Of a stretch of DNA of 64,000 nt, positions 51,890 to 64,000 are shown piece by piece; position 1 is the first letter of the stretch; every line of letters begins with the position of its first letter. Below the pieces are notes generated by a model, which did not search any database, was not told where the DNA came from, and saw nothing but the letters and a program-made list of their open reading frames with translations. The translations under genes and the position numbers were made by a program. Source of the DNA: Macrostomum lignano (lineage: Eukaryota); NCBI GenBank assembly GCA_002269645.1, contig NIVC01000870.1, forward strand, positions 124,001-188,000, given 5' to 3'.

Positions 51890-53142
51890 CAGGGTGCGTC
51901 AAAAGTCCTGCAACAACACATATTATGGGCCACCTATGGTATGCTAAAAGATATTAGGTTGAAATTTTACAGAGATGTTGGTGGACCTGTCAGTGTCTAT
52001 GGCACAAAGTATCACTCAATGTAGCCGCCCCTGTTGCGAATGACAGCACGAAGACGACGTCTCACGACGTCTCGCAGCGAGTCCAAACTCCTGTGGGGAG
52101 TAGCACAGGCCTTGGCCTCCAGAACCCCCCAGACACAGAAGTGCATGGGGTTCAGGTCAGGGGAATACGACGGCCATTCTTCTTTGGCGATCAGCCGGAT
52201 CCCATGCTGCTGAAACCACTCCTGTGTGGCTCGAGCGGTGTGGGCAGGGGCACCATCCTGCTGGAAGGTCCAGACCTGGTTCCTGAACACTTCGCGATTC
52301 ATTCGAAGAATTTCTGTCTCTAGAATCAGTTCTCGATAGGATTCAGCGCGGATTTTGACACCCTCAGGCACAAAAACGAGATTTGTGCGACTGTTGCTGC
52401 TGATTCCGGCCCAGACCATCACTGAAGATGGGCGCTGAAACCGGTCAGCAAAGCGATGCTCTAGCTGGACAGCAGAGGCACTTGGGGCCAGAAACCTGTC
52501 GATTTGGCGGTTCAGCGCTCGCTCAACGTTGCAAATTTTCTCATCTGTCCACAGGATGAAGTCCTCATGGTCAGCGATGTGCTCGGACAGGAGAAGACGA
52601 GATCGCTCAACCCTGGTGGCCATAACATCAGCAGTCAGGTGATGAGCTGGGGTTTTTTTGAGCGATTGCAGTCCCAGGTCTTCATGAACGATGCGCTGGA
52701 CCGTGGCCTGGCTCAGTTCGTGCTCCTTTGCCATTTGGCGCATCGAGCGTTCAGGATTGCGCTCAATCTTCTGGGCAATTTTCTTTTTCAGTTCTGGAGT
52801 CCTAGCAGTTGCAGGTCAGCCAGACCGAGACCTGTCCTCCAATGTTCCAGTGTCCTCCCATAGGCTGATGGTGCGGATGACCGTTGATCGGTGCAGGTTC
52901 TCATGAGACAGGGTGGCAATAATTTCTGCCGTTGACTTGCCTGCCTGATGCAAATCAACAATCGCAGCACGTCGGCAATTCATTGATTAGATTGGCTGAA
53001 AGGTACAATTTGTCAAGTTTTATAGCACATTTATAGGATGCATAGTATTGTTCATAAGTTCCAATAAAGCCATATAAATAGTCCATGTATATCAAAAGTT
53101 ATAGATCAATATATTTTGTTGCAGGAATTTTGATGCACCCTG
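51890..53142 (-). mobile_element. Tc1/mariner element of the maT (DD37D) group, 1253 bp
   Basis: TIRs CAGGGTGC(G/A)TCAAAA(G/T)TCCTGCAACA of about 26 bp; TA at 51888-51889 and 53143-53144. Confidence 0.93.
52012..52983 (-). pseudogene. maT transposase pseudogene
   Basis: ATG at 52983 and in-frame TGA at 52816-52818. WTDEK, FQQDGAPAH and SPDLNPMH show 37-residue spacing with the third Asp replaced by His. The C-terminus appears shortened. Confidence 0.9.
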
Positions 53143-53461
53143 TAAAAGCACGACAGTCGGGTGATATATTAGTAATATTAGTAATTGACACAACTATTAA
53201 GCAGTAGCTAGTTGATAGCTCGTAGTAGCAAAGTGATGCGGTACTGTGCATAAAAATTGCAGCAGGGAGACGCATAATTCTTAGGCTGGCTGGCCGCTGG
53301 ACTATGCTTGTGAGTAAAGAATCCCTTTATTTATAATTTACTACAATTTTATTAAACTGCTACCCTTTACATTAAATTGGTGATGCCAATATTGCATGAT
53401 GATAATGAAGAGCCAGCCAATTGTCTACTGTCTACTGTCAAAATTTCTACTTCTTTATCTC

Positions 53462-54214
53462 TCAGTACTGCAATAAAATGGCCATAACTGCGTCGGCCAT
53501 GCCGCCAGTGCAGTCAGGTTGGCGGTGCAGGAGGGCAGCAATTACGGTAAAAAGTCGCCGCAGGCGTGTGGATCGGCCACCGCGCGGCCGATCCCGCTGA
53601 CCTACCAAAGGCTCGGGCTCCGGTAGGACACGAGCTCTGTGGGCGACCGTCCAGAAGCGAGCCTCTACCTGCAGCATCTCTTGGTACCACGCTGCATTGC
53701 TGTAAACTACGGAGACTGGCGATCCGTTGGCGGACCTTGGAGTCGCACTGCAGGTCTCCAGTAGTGTGGGACAAAACCTATCACACATGGGGCGCAGGCA
53801 AAGCGCCATCGCTCTTTGCGCCTCAACGGGTGTGGTACCATGACTGATTCCTTTGCTTGCTTCTTGCGCCACGTAAGCAAACACTGTGGTGAACATGATG
53901 CGGCAGCACTGTATCTGTGGTGGCTCCTTGCCCCGCAACTGAAGCCCTTTGGAGACGCGCTGCAGCATATCGAGCACCCCTTTGTTATCAGGCTGGTTGC
54001 CGTCCATGGCAATCCAATTCAATGGCCAGTTGTAGCCATTGGCGCACAGTGGTGCGCATGAAGCGCAAACGGTGGCTGCAGGCTGCGCTGTGCCGGCTGA
54101 CGGTTGCGATGCGCTGGCTGCGATTGCACTGTGCTGGCTGGCGGTTGCGCTGTGCTGGCTAGTGGTTGGACTGGGCCGGCTACGCCAACGGCTGGCGGCA
54201 CCCAATGGTCCCAA
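53462..54214 (-). CDS. Hypothetical protein, 250 aa, in a GC-rich island
   Basis: Long ORF much richer in GC than its flanks; no recognised motif. Confidence 0.35.
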   Translation of the reverse strand: MGPLGAASRWRSRPSPTTSQHSATASQHSAIAASASQPSAGTAQPAATVCASCAPLCANGYNWPLNWIAMDGNQPDNKGVLDMLQRVSKGLQLRGKEPPQIQCCRIMFTTVFAYVAQEASKGISHGTTPVEAQRAMALCLRPMCDRFCPTLLETCSATPRSANGSPVSVVYSNAAWYQEMLQVEARFWTVAHRARVLPEPEPLVGQRDRPRGGRSTRLRRLFTVIAALLHRQPDCTGGMADAVMAILLQY

Positions 54215-55164
54215 TGGGGCAATTGTAGCAACCTATCATTTAAGTCGCCAGTCTGTAAGGCTATTTTCGCAAAGTTGCGATGTATTTCATTACATTAGTC
54301 TTGAATTTGAGTGAGGATCTCCCCACTAGTGGCAGAAAGTGGTGGAATTGACCGCTGCAGTTTGTACAACAGTTCACTGCTGTCCGCCACCTGTCTTCCA
54401 ATAAACAGTATTGCGCTGTACGAGCTATATTACTGGCAGACTGTGCAATTTTTGGCAGCGAGTCTGAGTTGGCCGTAGTAGAAAGAGTTATATTATGCTA
54501 TCCCACAACCATTCCAGAGTAATTATTTAAGAACAGCCACAAATCTATGAAGTAAAATACTGCCACTTTCTACTGCTTTCTACCTTTAACTGACCTGGCT
54601 ATACTATTTAAAAAAATGTCCTTTATTATTGCAACTTTAGTGGTGCCCCCTAATCGAAAATCCCCATGTACCATTAATACTTCTGTATAAAACACAAGAC
54701 AATATACATTCCTAATTTGGTTTACGTTTCATATGCAGGCCTAATATAAAGGGACTAAGACTAAAGATTCTATATTCGCCTTTTTATTTTTTTCTATTCC
54801 TTTAATTTTCTCTCCTTTAAATTTACCTACATTTCAACTAATAAATATAAACATTTTAATGGACAAATAAAAAATAATAAACTGTAACCAGCTTAGCTGA
54901 TAGTATAGGGGTTTAATAATTTAAATAGTATCGTATACTTATAGAGTGAAGCAATAAATAATCTTGGCTAGGCCTAAGTCTAGCCAGGTTCATATGTAAA
55001 CATGTTGGAAATCTTAAAATTAATTTAAATTTCATTAGCCTTTTCTATTGTTCAAAGACAAGATAGTAACAAAACTAAATAAAGTGAAATTACATCCCAA
55101 TTAAGCCCTTAAAATAGATTTTTTTATGGTCCTAGAACCTAGGCTGATTTGCTAATAATATAGC

Positions 55165-55420
55165 TGTGTGGCGAAGAGTGCACTCCGCCACCAGACAGTC
55201 TGTCCCCCAGCGTCCGGTGCACTGTCTTGGCAGGGATGCGTCATCCACCTCTCTATGCGGCGTGGGCCGAGCCCCAATTGGTTGGCTCAACCTCTGTGGG
55301 ATCTGCGTATCTGGGGGCTGGGGACAAAGACTCATCGCTCTGGCCTACTATAAGGCCCTTTGTATCCCCACTCTATGCTTCACTTTTTCCGCTCTGCGAA
55401 ATACACTATACTCTCACAAC
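55165..55420 (+). mobile_element. Possible solo LTR fragment
   Basis: Starts TGTGGCG, has a TATA-like CTATAAGG and ends near ...CACA. No TSD found. Confidence 0.25.
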
Positions 55421-56311
55421 AGAAAAGGAAACTATTTACATACTTATAAACTGTTGTTAAAGACGTTATAGTCTTTGAATAATTGCGATTATTGACGGAT
55501 TATTGATCAACTACTAGATCTGTGAATATTTTTTTTTCGTACAACACTTTACTTTACAATTAAGTATCTTTATTTACTGTCTTTCTAACTACAAAATAAG
55601 GTCTACTTTATGCTTGCATATTTTCTCGCTCAATAATTTTTTATGTTACATTTTAACTGGCTTAGCCAACACGATAACATCTATGCATTATATTTAAGAA
55701 GCTTATTCAACAGACACCGAATAGTTACGCAACAGCACGAGACTTATCTAACCAACAGGCATAAGTACCCGCCAAAATTATCTGCATAACTCAGGCCGAA
55801 TACTTATTAGACTGACAATCTTATCACAATTCATATATTATCCTTGTGACCCAACAGCAAACTATTGACAGCACTTTAGCATAACTCGTCAATAGTCTAC
55901 CCTGGCACACCTGTCAGCCCCACTCTTCACAAAGTGCAAGCCTTGCGCGTTGCTTTACTTTTCAATTTTATAAAATATTCAAAAAATGATTTAAAAGAAT
56001 TACCCCGAAATCCAACCTGTTTGTCAAATATTGAAATGAATTTAAATTGATTAAATAAACTATTCAACTTATTGACTGATAAACTGTTAATATTAGCCTA
56101 TTAGAGACAAAACATGGATAAACTGAGCAAGGTGGCTGACAACACTGTATGGTTAATTACTCGTAAAAGTGATTTAAAATGACTTAAGACGACTTGAAAT
56201 GATTTTTTTGCTTTATACTTCCCAACCCCAATCTAGCGAAATTAAATCTGTCTTAAATATAGCTATTCAAAACTTAGTAGAAACTGCTAGAACAAAACAC
56301 TGCACTACACT

Positions 56312-56313
<2 letters not shown>

Positions 56314-56348
<35 letters not shown>
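56314..56348. repeat. (CA)n microsatellite
   Basis: Pure AC run. Confidence 0.97.
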
Positions 56349-56351
<3 letters not shown>

Positions 56352-56950
56352 CTTTGACGCATTTTGGCATAAACCGTTTGTAAATTGGTCCTACCGTTTT
56401 TTATTGGAAGCGTTTAAAAGTTGAAAAACGTCATTTTTAGTGTGTGCAACTGCGTTACATCTTATCAGGGACGATATCGCAACAGTAAGTACCATAGAAA
56501 AAATTCTCGCTTCGCTCGCATTTTTCCCTGGAACTTACTGGCTCCATCGTCCCACAATAATCGATCTAAATTCGTCACAAAAGATTATAAATTCCTACTC
56601 GCGGTTAAATAGCATACAAATTCTTGGAAATCTACAGTAAAACAAAAGTAATAATCAATTGTAGATGTACATACCTAAATAGCAAAATTTATTACAACCA
56701 AAAATACATAATAGTAAATACGTAATATTAAATACACAATATGCATAATATTGAATACACAAAAATACAAATAATTAAATCTACTTCGTCACATAAATGA
56801 ACATTATTTAAGGAAATAGGTAGCGGGAAATAATCTGAATAAAAATATTCAAGAATAATACGAGCTCGTGGGTAGCGGGAAATTATGAGAATGAATATTA
56901 TCCGAGGAAAATAGTTAGCGAGAAATATAAAAAAATATGTGGAATGGGCG

Positions 56951-57515
56951 TGTAACCGCGGCTAAGCTACTGGTTTCTATTGCTAAGGATTATGAGTGGA
57001 TTATTATCTGCGGTACTGTTTAAATGTTTGGTAGTTCGCTGCCACCAGGTTCCTGCTGTTCCTTAATTCTAGCTTTAGGTTTAAAGAACTAAGTCAGGAC
57101 ACCAATTTGGATTTAGTTAACACAAAAAAAAATTTTAATAATAGAAAAGTGAATTACGGTACAAAAGTTAGTTTTGCTTTTACATTAATTCCCTATTTCC
57201 TTATTCCCGTTATAGTGCTTGGGCAAGACTCCCAGTTTTTAGAGGCAAGACTCCTCTGTGCAAGCCTATCCCTTATATTTCCCTTTCCTTACCACTTCTT
57301 CGTGAACTCTCTAAGTTTAAACAGGAGAAGACACTCCAACGAAGGTCCGAGTTTTCTTTCCCGAGAGCCCAACTGCTCTGTAGTTCTAAAGGAACCCCAA
57401 TTTTAACCACTTAACCCCGCTCTAATTATTTCCCCGGGTTGAAACTACTGATAGTAGGGTAAAAGCATATTTAAACCCACAAAATTTCCCGTTCCTAAAA
57501 TAATGCCCTACTACA
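56951..57515 (-). repeat. Putative 3' LTR (565 bp)
   Basis: Begins TGTAG immediately after the polypurine tract and ends ...TTACA. The matching 5' LTR is not in the window. Confidence 0.65.
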
Positions 57516-57525
57516 CCTCCCCCTC
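57516..57525 (-). promoter_or_regulatory. Polypurine tract (GAGGGGGAGG)
   Basis: Directly abuts the TG of the LTR. Confidence 0.75.
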
Positions 57526-58066
57526 GCTAAACAAAATGTGCAAAACCCCCTTTTGTACATTGATGATTATATTTATTATCAAAATTTTAGTTACGTAATA
57601 AGTATTAGTGCGCTTATCAGCGATGTACTGAATATAAGCTACTGTAACAAGATTACACGTATATCAAGTGGGGAAGTTACTGGTATGCCGAGTCGTAAAA
57701 GTAATGGGATTAGGTTGAAATACGCGTTTGATTGATTGCATGCAGAACTGTATTATTACGAATGGATTAAATGTTGAACATGATAATTATGATATGCACC
57801 GTTAACATAATTGCACTATTAAATGGCTAAATATGATAAATTGAGTTATAGCATGAACAGTGGCTGCTGAGTTGTTTGAGCAATTGAACAAGAATAATTG
57901 GCAGGTGTATACAACAAGAAAAGAAAGAAAATGCAGTGCAAAAAAAAGCGGTAAAATAATTTGGCAAGTTTACTCCAATTCTACTCCAAAAGATGGTAAA
58001 ATAAAATGTCATCGATTATGTGTAACCGAGCTAAAAGTCATTGGTTGGCTAAGTTCTCTATCTTAC

Positions 58067-58882
58067 CTAATGGATTGGCCGGAGATTTTGGGTGTTTTGA
58101 GTAGATAGATACAGTAATCCGTTTATCGGGATCATCTGGTGAGTAGGGTCGAATTGTCTGGCGAAAAATTCCAGCTGCTCAGTGGTCGCTCTCATATTGG
58201 TCGGACCCCGCGCTCTCCCTTCGGCGTACTGTAAACAGTATGAGCAGGCAATCTCGAAGCATCGGACTGCTTCCTCTGGGGTCGCCGTGGCCAAGAACTG
58301 GACGCACGCGTCCGGTAGCTGCGCCTCGAATCGTCCTGTTTTCCCTGTAGCCAGGATAGCCCGCTTCAAGGCGCGACGACAATTGCGGAATTTCCGCGCC
58401 TGCGTTCCGGGACTATCCGGCCGTTCGGCGTTGGTCTCTTTAGGAGCCGGCGTATCACCCAGATCTGCCCTGAGCAATGTAGCGTAATCGATGAGCGTAG
58501 ACTCAGGCTGGCCTTGCCCTGCCTGGCATTGCTCGGATGGACACTGCTCCGGCTGGTGATTTGGTTCTTCCGCGGCCGCCTCTTCCTGCTCATCAATGGG
58601 TTCCACCCCTTCTTCCTGTTGTCGGATTTCTTCCATGAATTGCGCCATCTCGTCCCTAAATTCTTCCTCCTTCCGTCTAGTCGCCCTTTCCAGTTCTTCC
58701 AATTCTACATTCACGATTAACTTTCCTTCGCTCTCGTCCGGCTGCTCTAATTTCCGCCTCTTGCATTCGCCTTGTTCTGCCAATTGTATGGCCCTAATCC
58801 TTGGGGGCTCATTCTCTGTCTGTCTTCTTCGCTGGCCATAAATTCGTTTTTCCGGATAAACGCGGATTGGGGCGTCGGCCAT
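58067..58882 (-). CDS. Extra ORF downstream of pol, 271 aa, acidic/coiled, unknown function
   Basis: Intact ATG-to-stop ORF starting 3 nt after the previous stop. No signal peptide or transmembrane segment, so it is not env-like. Confidence 0.65.
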   Translation of the reverse strand: MADAPIRVYPEKRIYGQRRRQTENEPPRIRAIQLAEQGECKRRKLEQPDESEGKLIVNVELEELERATRRKEEEFRDEMAQFMEEIRQQEEGVEPIDEQEEAAAEEPNHQPEQCPSEQCQAGQGQPESTLIDYATLLRADLGDTPAPKETNAERPDSPGTQARKFRNCRRALKRAILATGKTGRFEAQLPDACVQFLATATPEEAVRCFEIACSYCLQYAEGRARGPTNMRATTEQLEFFARQFDPTHQMIPINGLLYLSTQNTQNLRPIH

Positions 58883-59140
58883 AGTTATTGAGATTTTGGC
58901 TGCAAGAGGTTAAATGGGTTAAACAACTCCGCTATCCTCTGCACATAACTTTTCTGATTTGGCCTGACTGTTAATCTATCTGGAGCATGACGCTCTCTCG
59001 CTGGCCTAGCTTCTAAATTAATCCCTAAATTATTATTGTTATTATTTAATTGTACCGGCATAACTCCTTGTACACCTACTAAATTATTTTGATTATTATT
59101 TGGATGCTGCACTTGTTGATTTGGCACTAACTGCACATTA

Positions 59141-59330
59141 TTTTGATTTTGCACTGGCATAAACTGCTCATTATTTTGATGTTGTACTGGCATAAACTGC
59201 TCATTATTTTGATGTTGTACTGGCATAAACTGCTCATTATTTTGATGCTGTACTGGCATAAACTGCTCATTATTTTGATGTTGTACTGGCATAAACTGCT
59301 CATTATTTTGATGCTGCACTGGCATAAACT
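59141..59330 (-). repeat. 33-bp coding tandem repeat (QFMPVQHQNNE) x about 6
   Basis: ACTGGCATAAACTGCTCATTATTTTGATG repeated. Confidence 0.95.
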
Positions 59331-62300
59331 GCACTGCGTCCTCGTACTCGTCTTCACTTTCTGAGTCATTGTACACATTCGGCTGACTATTAGCTAACTG
59401 TTCCCTATTGTATTGTTTCCTCTGCTCTTTTGGCTTAGTACTCGCTTCTTCTTCCGATAATCTGCTTGCGGTACTTTCATTAAATTATCCCTATGCATAA
59501 TAAGTTCTTCCTTTCTAGCCTTCTTATTTTTGGTAACTGGTCTAATCTTAAAGACTACTTCTGATAATTGTTCTACAATTTCGTAAACTGCCCTTTGTTT
59601 TCTGTGAAATTTGTTAGCCTCTGTGTTAGCAATTACTGGATTATTAATAAATACTAAGCTTCCTACAGGCAATGTTTTCGGCTTAGGCTTATTAGAGTAC
59701 TCCTGCTCACGGTTTTGTTGCACTAATTTTAATCTCTTTCTTGCTAGTTCTTGGCCTTCCTGCAGATTCTGCTGATGTTTCTGGACATAAGATGGCAGGT
59801 CCTGAAACTGCTTTGGCTCGTTCAGCTCATTGTCACAGGGCATTCTGGCCTCTCGTCCAAAGACTAAATAGTGCGGACTAAATCCTGTGGCAGTGTGCGT
59901 GCTGGTTCTCAGAGCTGTTATGCAACCTGGCAACAGAACGTCCCAGTTGGAATGCTCCTTCTCCAGTAAACAGGTGAGAATTGATTTAATCTGCTTATTA
60001 AGGTTTTCTACTAAGCCATTGCTCTGCGGATGATAACTAGTTGTTCGAGTGTGTCTAATGCCATAGAGGTCTAAAAATTTCTTAAAGGCCCTACCAGTGA
60101 ACTGTGTTCCCTGGTCTGTGTGAATCCATTGTGGAATCCCAAAATCAGCGAAAACTCGTTCTTGTAGAATTTTGATAACTGTTTTAGCCTTCTGATTCCT
60201 AATTGCGAATGCGAATGGAAATTTGCTAGTGCTGTCTATGACTGAAAGTACATATTTGTTTCCTGATTTGCTAGTTTGGCCAATAGGTCCTATTAGATCT
60301 ATGTGCAATCTACCGAACGGTTCGACTACAGGATAGTTCTGAATTGGTGCCTTAATTCTTCGTCTAGTTTTGCTTTCTAGGCATGATTTACATTTGGCTA
60401 CGTAGCGTTCAACTGCTGTTGCTAATCCTGGCCTCCAAAATCGAATTTTAATTCTCTGATAAGTTTTATCTCGACCTAGGTGTCCCGCTAACGGTGAATC
60501 ATGGAATTGGTGAAAGACTTCACTATCCAGAGACTTGGGCAACACTACCTTTGGATCAGTCTGCCCCATAGATAAGTCTACTTTGAGTACGCCGTCCTCA
60601 ATTCTGAGCAACTCATAGTAACCTAAGAGGTTCCTACAGTCGTGGGTTAACTCTAGTCGTTCTTGAAATGTCGGTTTAGGCGAGTCATTCTCAATTAAAT
60701 TTCTAACAAAGCCTACCGCCGGATCGGCTAGCTGTGCTGCGATCAATTGGTCACGGCGAACTGGGCTACGGAGATAGTCACTGAGCAGGGCATTGCATGC
60801 AGGTGGATTTCCGGTTTTAGGCTCCTGTCCCTGTCTATTGTCTAGCCTACTGCTACTAAAGATCGGAGTATTGTGTCGGTTCGTGACAGTGTCTTGTGAC
60901 GAACAGCATGACGGAACTCCACTGCTCGAGCTACAGGTTTCAGCTAACGCGGAATTGCCTGAGCTGACAGTACAAGCTGATGCTGGGTCTGTATTCACAG
61001 TTGCCCTACAGCTTAGCGACCTGGCATGTGGGGACATCTCTTCCGGTTGAGGATCAGGGATCCTGGATAGAGCGTCAGCATTCACATGTTTAGGGCCACT
61101 CCTATGTTCTATCTCAAAATCAAATTCGGAAAGTCTTTCGATCCAACGACCTAAAATGCCTGTCTGTTCGGTTTGGCGAAGCAACCAGGTTAGGGCATTG
61201 TGATCAGTGCGCACCTTAAAATGTTTTCCTACGAGGTAAAATCTAAAGTACTTCAGCGAGTCAACAATCGCTAGAAGCTCCTTCCTCGTAATTGGATATC
61301 TAGTTTCTGACTGCCTCATCTTCCGACTATAATACGCGATCGGTCTTTCTATGCCGTCGCTCTGAACTTGATTCAAGACCGCCCCAATTCTGACATCTGA
61401 TGCATCAGTGTCTAACACAAAATAAACTTGGGGGTCTGTATTGAACTCTGGGTAAGCAAGCACTTCTTCGGAACACATCCGTTCCTTCAACAGTTCGAAG
61501 CATTCATCATGAATCCTGGTCCATTTGTCCTGGATACACTTGATGTTCTTCTTGGTCAACTCACAGAGTGGTGCTGCTACCTCGGCAAAATCTCTAACGA
61601 ATTTTCTATAGTAATTACAGAGTCCGAGAAAACTTCGAAGCTCTGTCACAGATTTAGGTTTCGGCCAGTTCCTAATTGCTTCTAATTTTGACGCATCTCT
61701 CTTAATTCCTGTTTTGCCTATGACGTGTCCTAGATATTGTAATTCTGATTTGAAAAGGTGACATTTCTTAGCCTTTAGTTTCATGTTACGACTCGTAGCT
61801 TGTATTAGTCTCTTGAGCACTTCTTTCAGGTGTTCTAAATGCGATTCAAAGTCTGCACTATAAACTATTACATCGTCTAAGTAAGCTATGGCGAACTTCT
61901 GTGCAATGTCCTTAAGAACTAAGTTCATGCACCTTTGAAAAGTTCCTGGAGCTCCTTGCAATCCCATTGGCAAACTTCGTACTCAAACGAGCCTCGATGT
62001 AAGGTTGGAAAGCTAGTCTTGCACTTATCTTCTTCCCTAAGAGCTATCTGATAATATCCCGAAAATAGATCTAACGTAGAGAATTGACTGGCTCCATGGA
62101 GACATGAAAATGTTTCATTGATATTAGTTATTGGATACGGAAAGTACTCCGATTTATTGTTTAGTGCTCGATAGTCGTTAACTAATCTCAGCGAACCGTC
62201 TTTCTTAGGTACTATGACTAATGGAGTCGAGTACTGCGAGTAACTAGGCCTAATTATGCCTCTAGCCAACATGAGATCCAACTGCTCATCTACCTCCTTA

Positions 62301-63506
62301 ATCCAATGAGGTGGAATCTTCCTAGCTGGTATCTGAACTGGGTTGTTGTCCTTCAAGATAATCTCATGAGTGACTAAATGCGTTCTGCCTAAGTCTAACT
62401 CGTGCTGCGAGAAAGCTGCTGAATGTTCCTTGACGACCTCGATCACCTTCTGTCTCTGTTCCTGAGTCAGTTCAGTTCCTATGTTGATTTCACTAATCCA
62501 GTCTTCTGACTTCTCCTGCACTGACTGATCTTTTCTCTGCTTCCGCAAGACTGCGTGCTCTTATTCTGCTCCTCTTCTGGCTGTTCCTTCAGATAGTTAA
62601 GCTCGCTAGCTAAGAGTGGTTTAGCCATCCCAACTAATGCTGATGCTGGTACTCTAGCTTCCTGTGAACTGGTGTTAATCACTTCTAAATAAGCTTCCCC
62701 TTGTCTTAGAGTTACTAAACTTGGCACTACGGTTACTTTCTCTGCTCTAGTCTTCAATCCTGATCTGAGTGGCTCAACAACTGATGGCACTCCGAAATTA
62801 GTTTCACTACCTGTTGCTAATCTCACCTTGACTAATCCTGAACTATTGGCTGGAACTGTCGTCTTTTCTGCGACATAGATTCTCCTAACCTGAGGCTTAG
62901 CTCTGGTTGATCGAAGCGGAATTCTAGTTCCTTGTTTCATGGTTAGCATTCCTGCATCGAAGTCAATAGTAGTACAATAATTTTGGACAAACGTCACACC
63001 TATTACATTGTCTACATCTGCGTCACATAATAGAAACTCAACTTCTTCTTCGAAATCGCCAAATGTTGCCTTAATAACTACGAAACCCTTAATTGGAATA
63101 GGCTCTTCCATAAAAGAAACAATTCTATTGTCCCAATGCTTAATTAGATGCCTATTCTTGCCAGTGAAAAGATGCTTCCAGGTTTCGCGTCCTAAGATAT
63201 TTCTATTACTGCCAGTGTCTAATAGATAAACTATTTCCTTATTTAAAATGCTGCCAGTGATGTACGGATCGTAACTTTGCTTTTTAGTTTGTTCAGTTAA
63301 TTTTGGTTGTTTTAGCTGCTGCTTGCTAGAATAGGGTTGCTGTTGTGGTGCGGTTGAAAAGTGCTGAGAGTAAATGTTTGGTTGATTAAATGATTGATTA
63401 AATGTTTGCGCATGCCTACTGTTATACACTGAAGAATTCAATTCACTATTTACAGAAAAAGTATCGCTGCTATTTACAGGTTGTGAGGCTACAGACTGTG
63501 AGGGAT

Positions 63507-64000
63507 CTACTGCTGGAAAGCGTTGCCTCCGACGCTTCCGTCTACTCCGTTTCCCGAATTCTGCTGCTGAGGGTAATGCGGCTGCGGGTACTGCGGCTGC
63601 ATTTGCTGCTGTGGGTACATCGGCTGCTGATACTGCGGCTGCTGATACTGCGGCTGCTGATACTGCATCTGCTGCTGAGCCGGGTACCTAAGCTGGTTCT
63701 GAGGATGTGGCTGTCTACAATTCTTAGCTAAGTGACCTAGCTTGCCACACCTGTTACACTTTACTGGGGGACGCCCTTGCTGATTCTGGCCTTGCTGCTG
63801 CTGACCTGACGGCTGCTGCTGCTTGACCTTTTGCTCAACGTTCTGGTGGTGTCGGAGTAACTCCTGAAGCACCTTCTGCTGGTTTTCTAGCGCCTCACCC
63901 TGTTTGCGGACTAATTCCTTCAAGCTATTCTCAGCTTCTTCTCCTCCAGTTGCCTTACACTGCTGCGGGTCTCTACCTCGGCGAGACATAGCGTACGCCA
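63507..64000 (-). CDS. gag C-terminal part with a CCHC zinc knuckle
   Basis: CNRCGKLGHLAKNC and Q/P-rich linkers; probably continues beyond the window. Confidence 0.88.
   Translation of the reverse strand, partial: AYAMSRRGRDPQQCKATGGEEAENSLKELVRKQGEALENQQKVLQELLRHHQNVEQKVKQQQPSGQQQQGQNQQGRPPVKCNRCGKLGHLAKNCRQPHPQNQLRYPAQQQMQYQQPQYQQPQYQQPMYPQQQMQPQYPQPHYPQQQNSGNGVDGSVGGNAFQQ
63549..63555 (-). promoter_or_regulatory. Putative -1 ribosomal frameshift heptamer G GGA AAC
   Basis: X XXY YYZ pattern in the gag frame; the -1 frame is open into the protease; downstream hairpin GGAAGCGT/ACGCTTTCC after a 9-nt spacer. Confidence 0.7.

Larger units (their letters stand above)
58885..63555 (-). pseudogene. 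Gypsy pol (PR-RT-RNase H-IN plus repeat-rich tail) with frameshifts
   Basis: LLDTGS (PR); YRALN, LDLFSGYYQI, YLDD (RT); DTDASD, ELLAI, DHNAL (RH); HDSPLAGHLG..CKSC, DLIGP, DQGTQF, ENLN (IN). Frame breaks near 62550, 61975 and probably 59450. Confidence 0.92.
56951..64000 (-). mobile_element. Ty3/gypsy LTR retrotransposon (5' part beyond the window end)
   Basis: Order gag(CCHC)-PR-RT-RH-IN, followed by an extra ORF, PPT and 3' LTR. Confidence 0.95.

Noticed and set aside
57037-57050. TGGTGGCAGCG (PBS-like) inside the LTR, also near 31065 and 39257
   Set aside because: It is not adjacent to an LTR 3' end, so it cannot act as a primer-binding site here.

Overview
This is a eukaryotic, probably invertebrate animal, nuclear window made almost entirely of transposable elements and simple repeats; no conserved host gene is recognisable. 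From left to right it holds: a decayed piggyBac transposase; a frameshifted RNase H-containing LINE; Penelope-like remnants with an SGNH-esterase ORF; a complete 8.8-kb EnSpm/CACTA-type transposon with TIRs, a TAT TSD and two intron-containing genes; tandem arrays; a Polinton/adintovirus-like fragment; a maT (DD37D) mariner-like element; and the 3' part of a Ty3/gypsy element. The standout feature is an 880-nt group I intron (40794-41673) with recognisable P1 and P3-P9 helices. It splits the conserved G|PGT Ca-binding loop of a phospholipase A2-integrase fusion gene in the Polinton-like element. It also carries a nested PD-(D/E)xK-type endonuclease ORF, and the intronless junction reads GGTCC. 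All family assignments come from motif recognition by eye, with no database searches.
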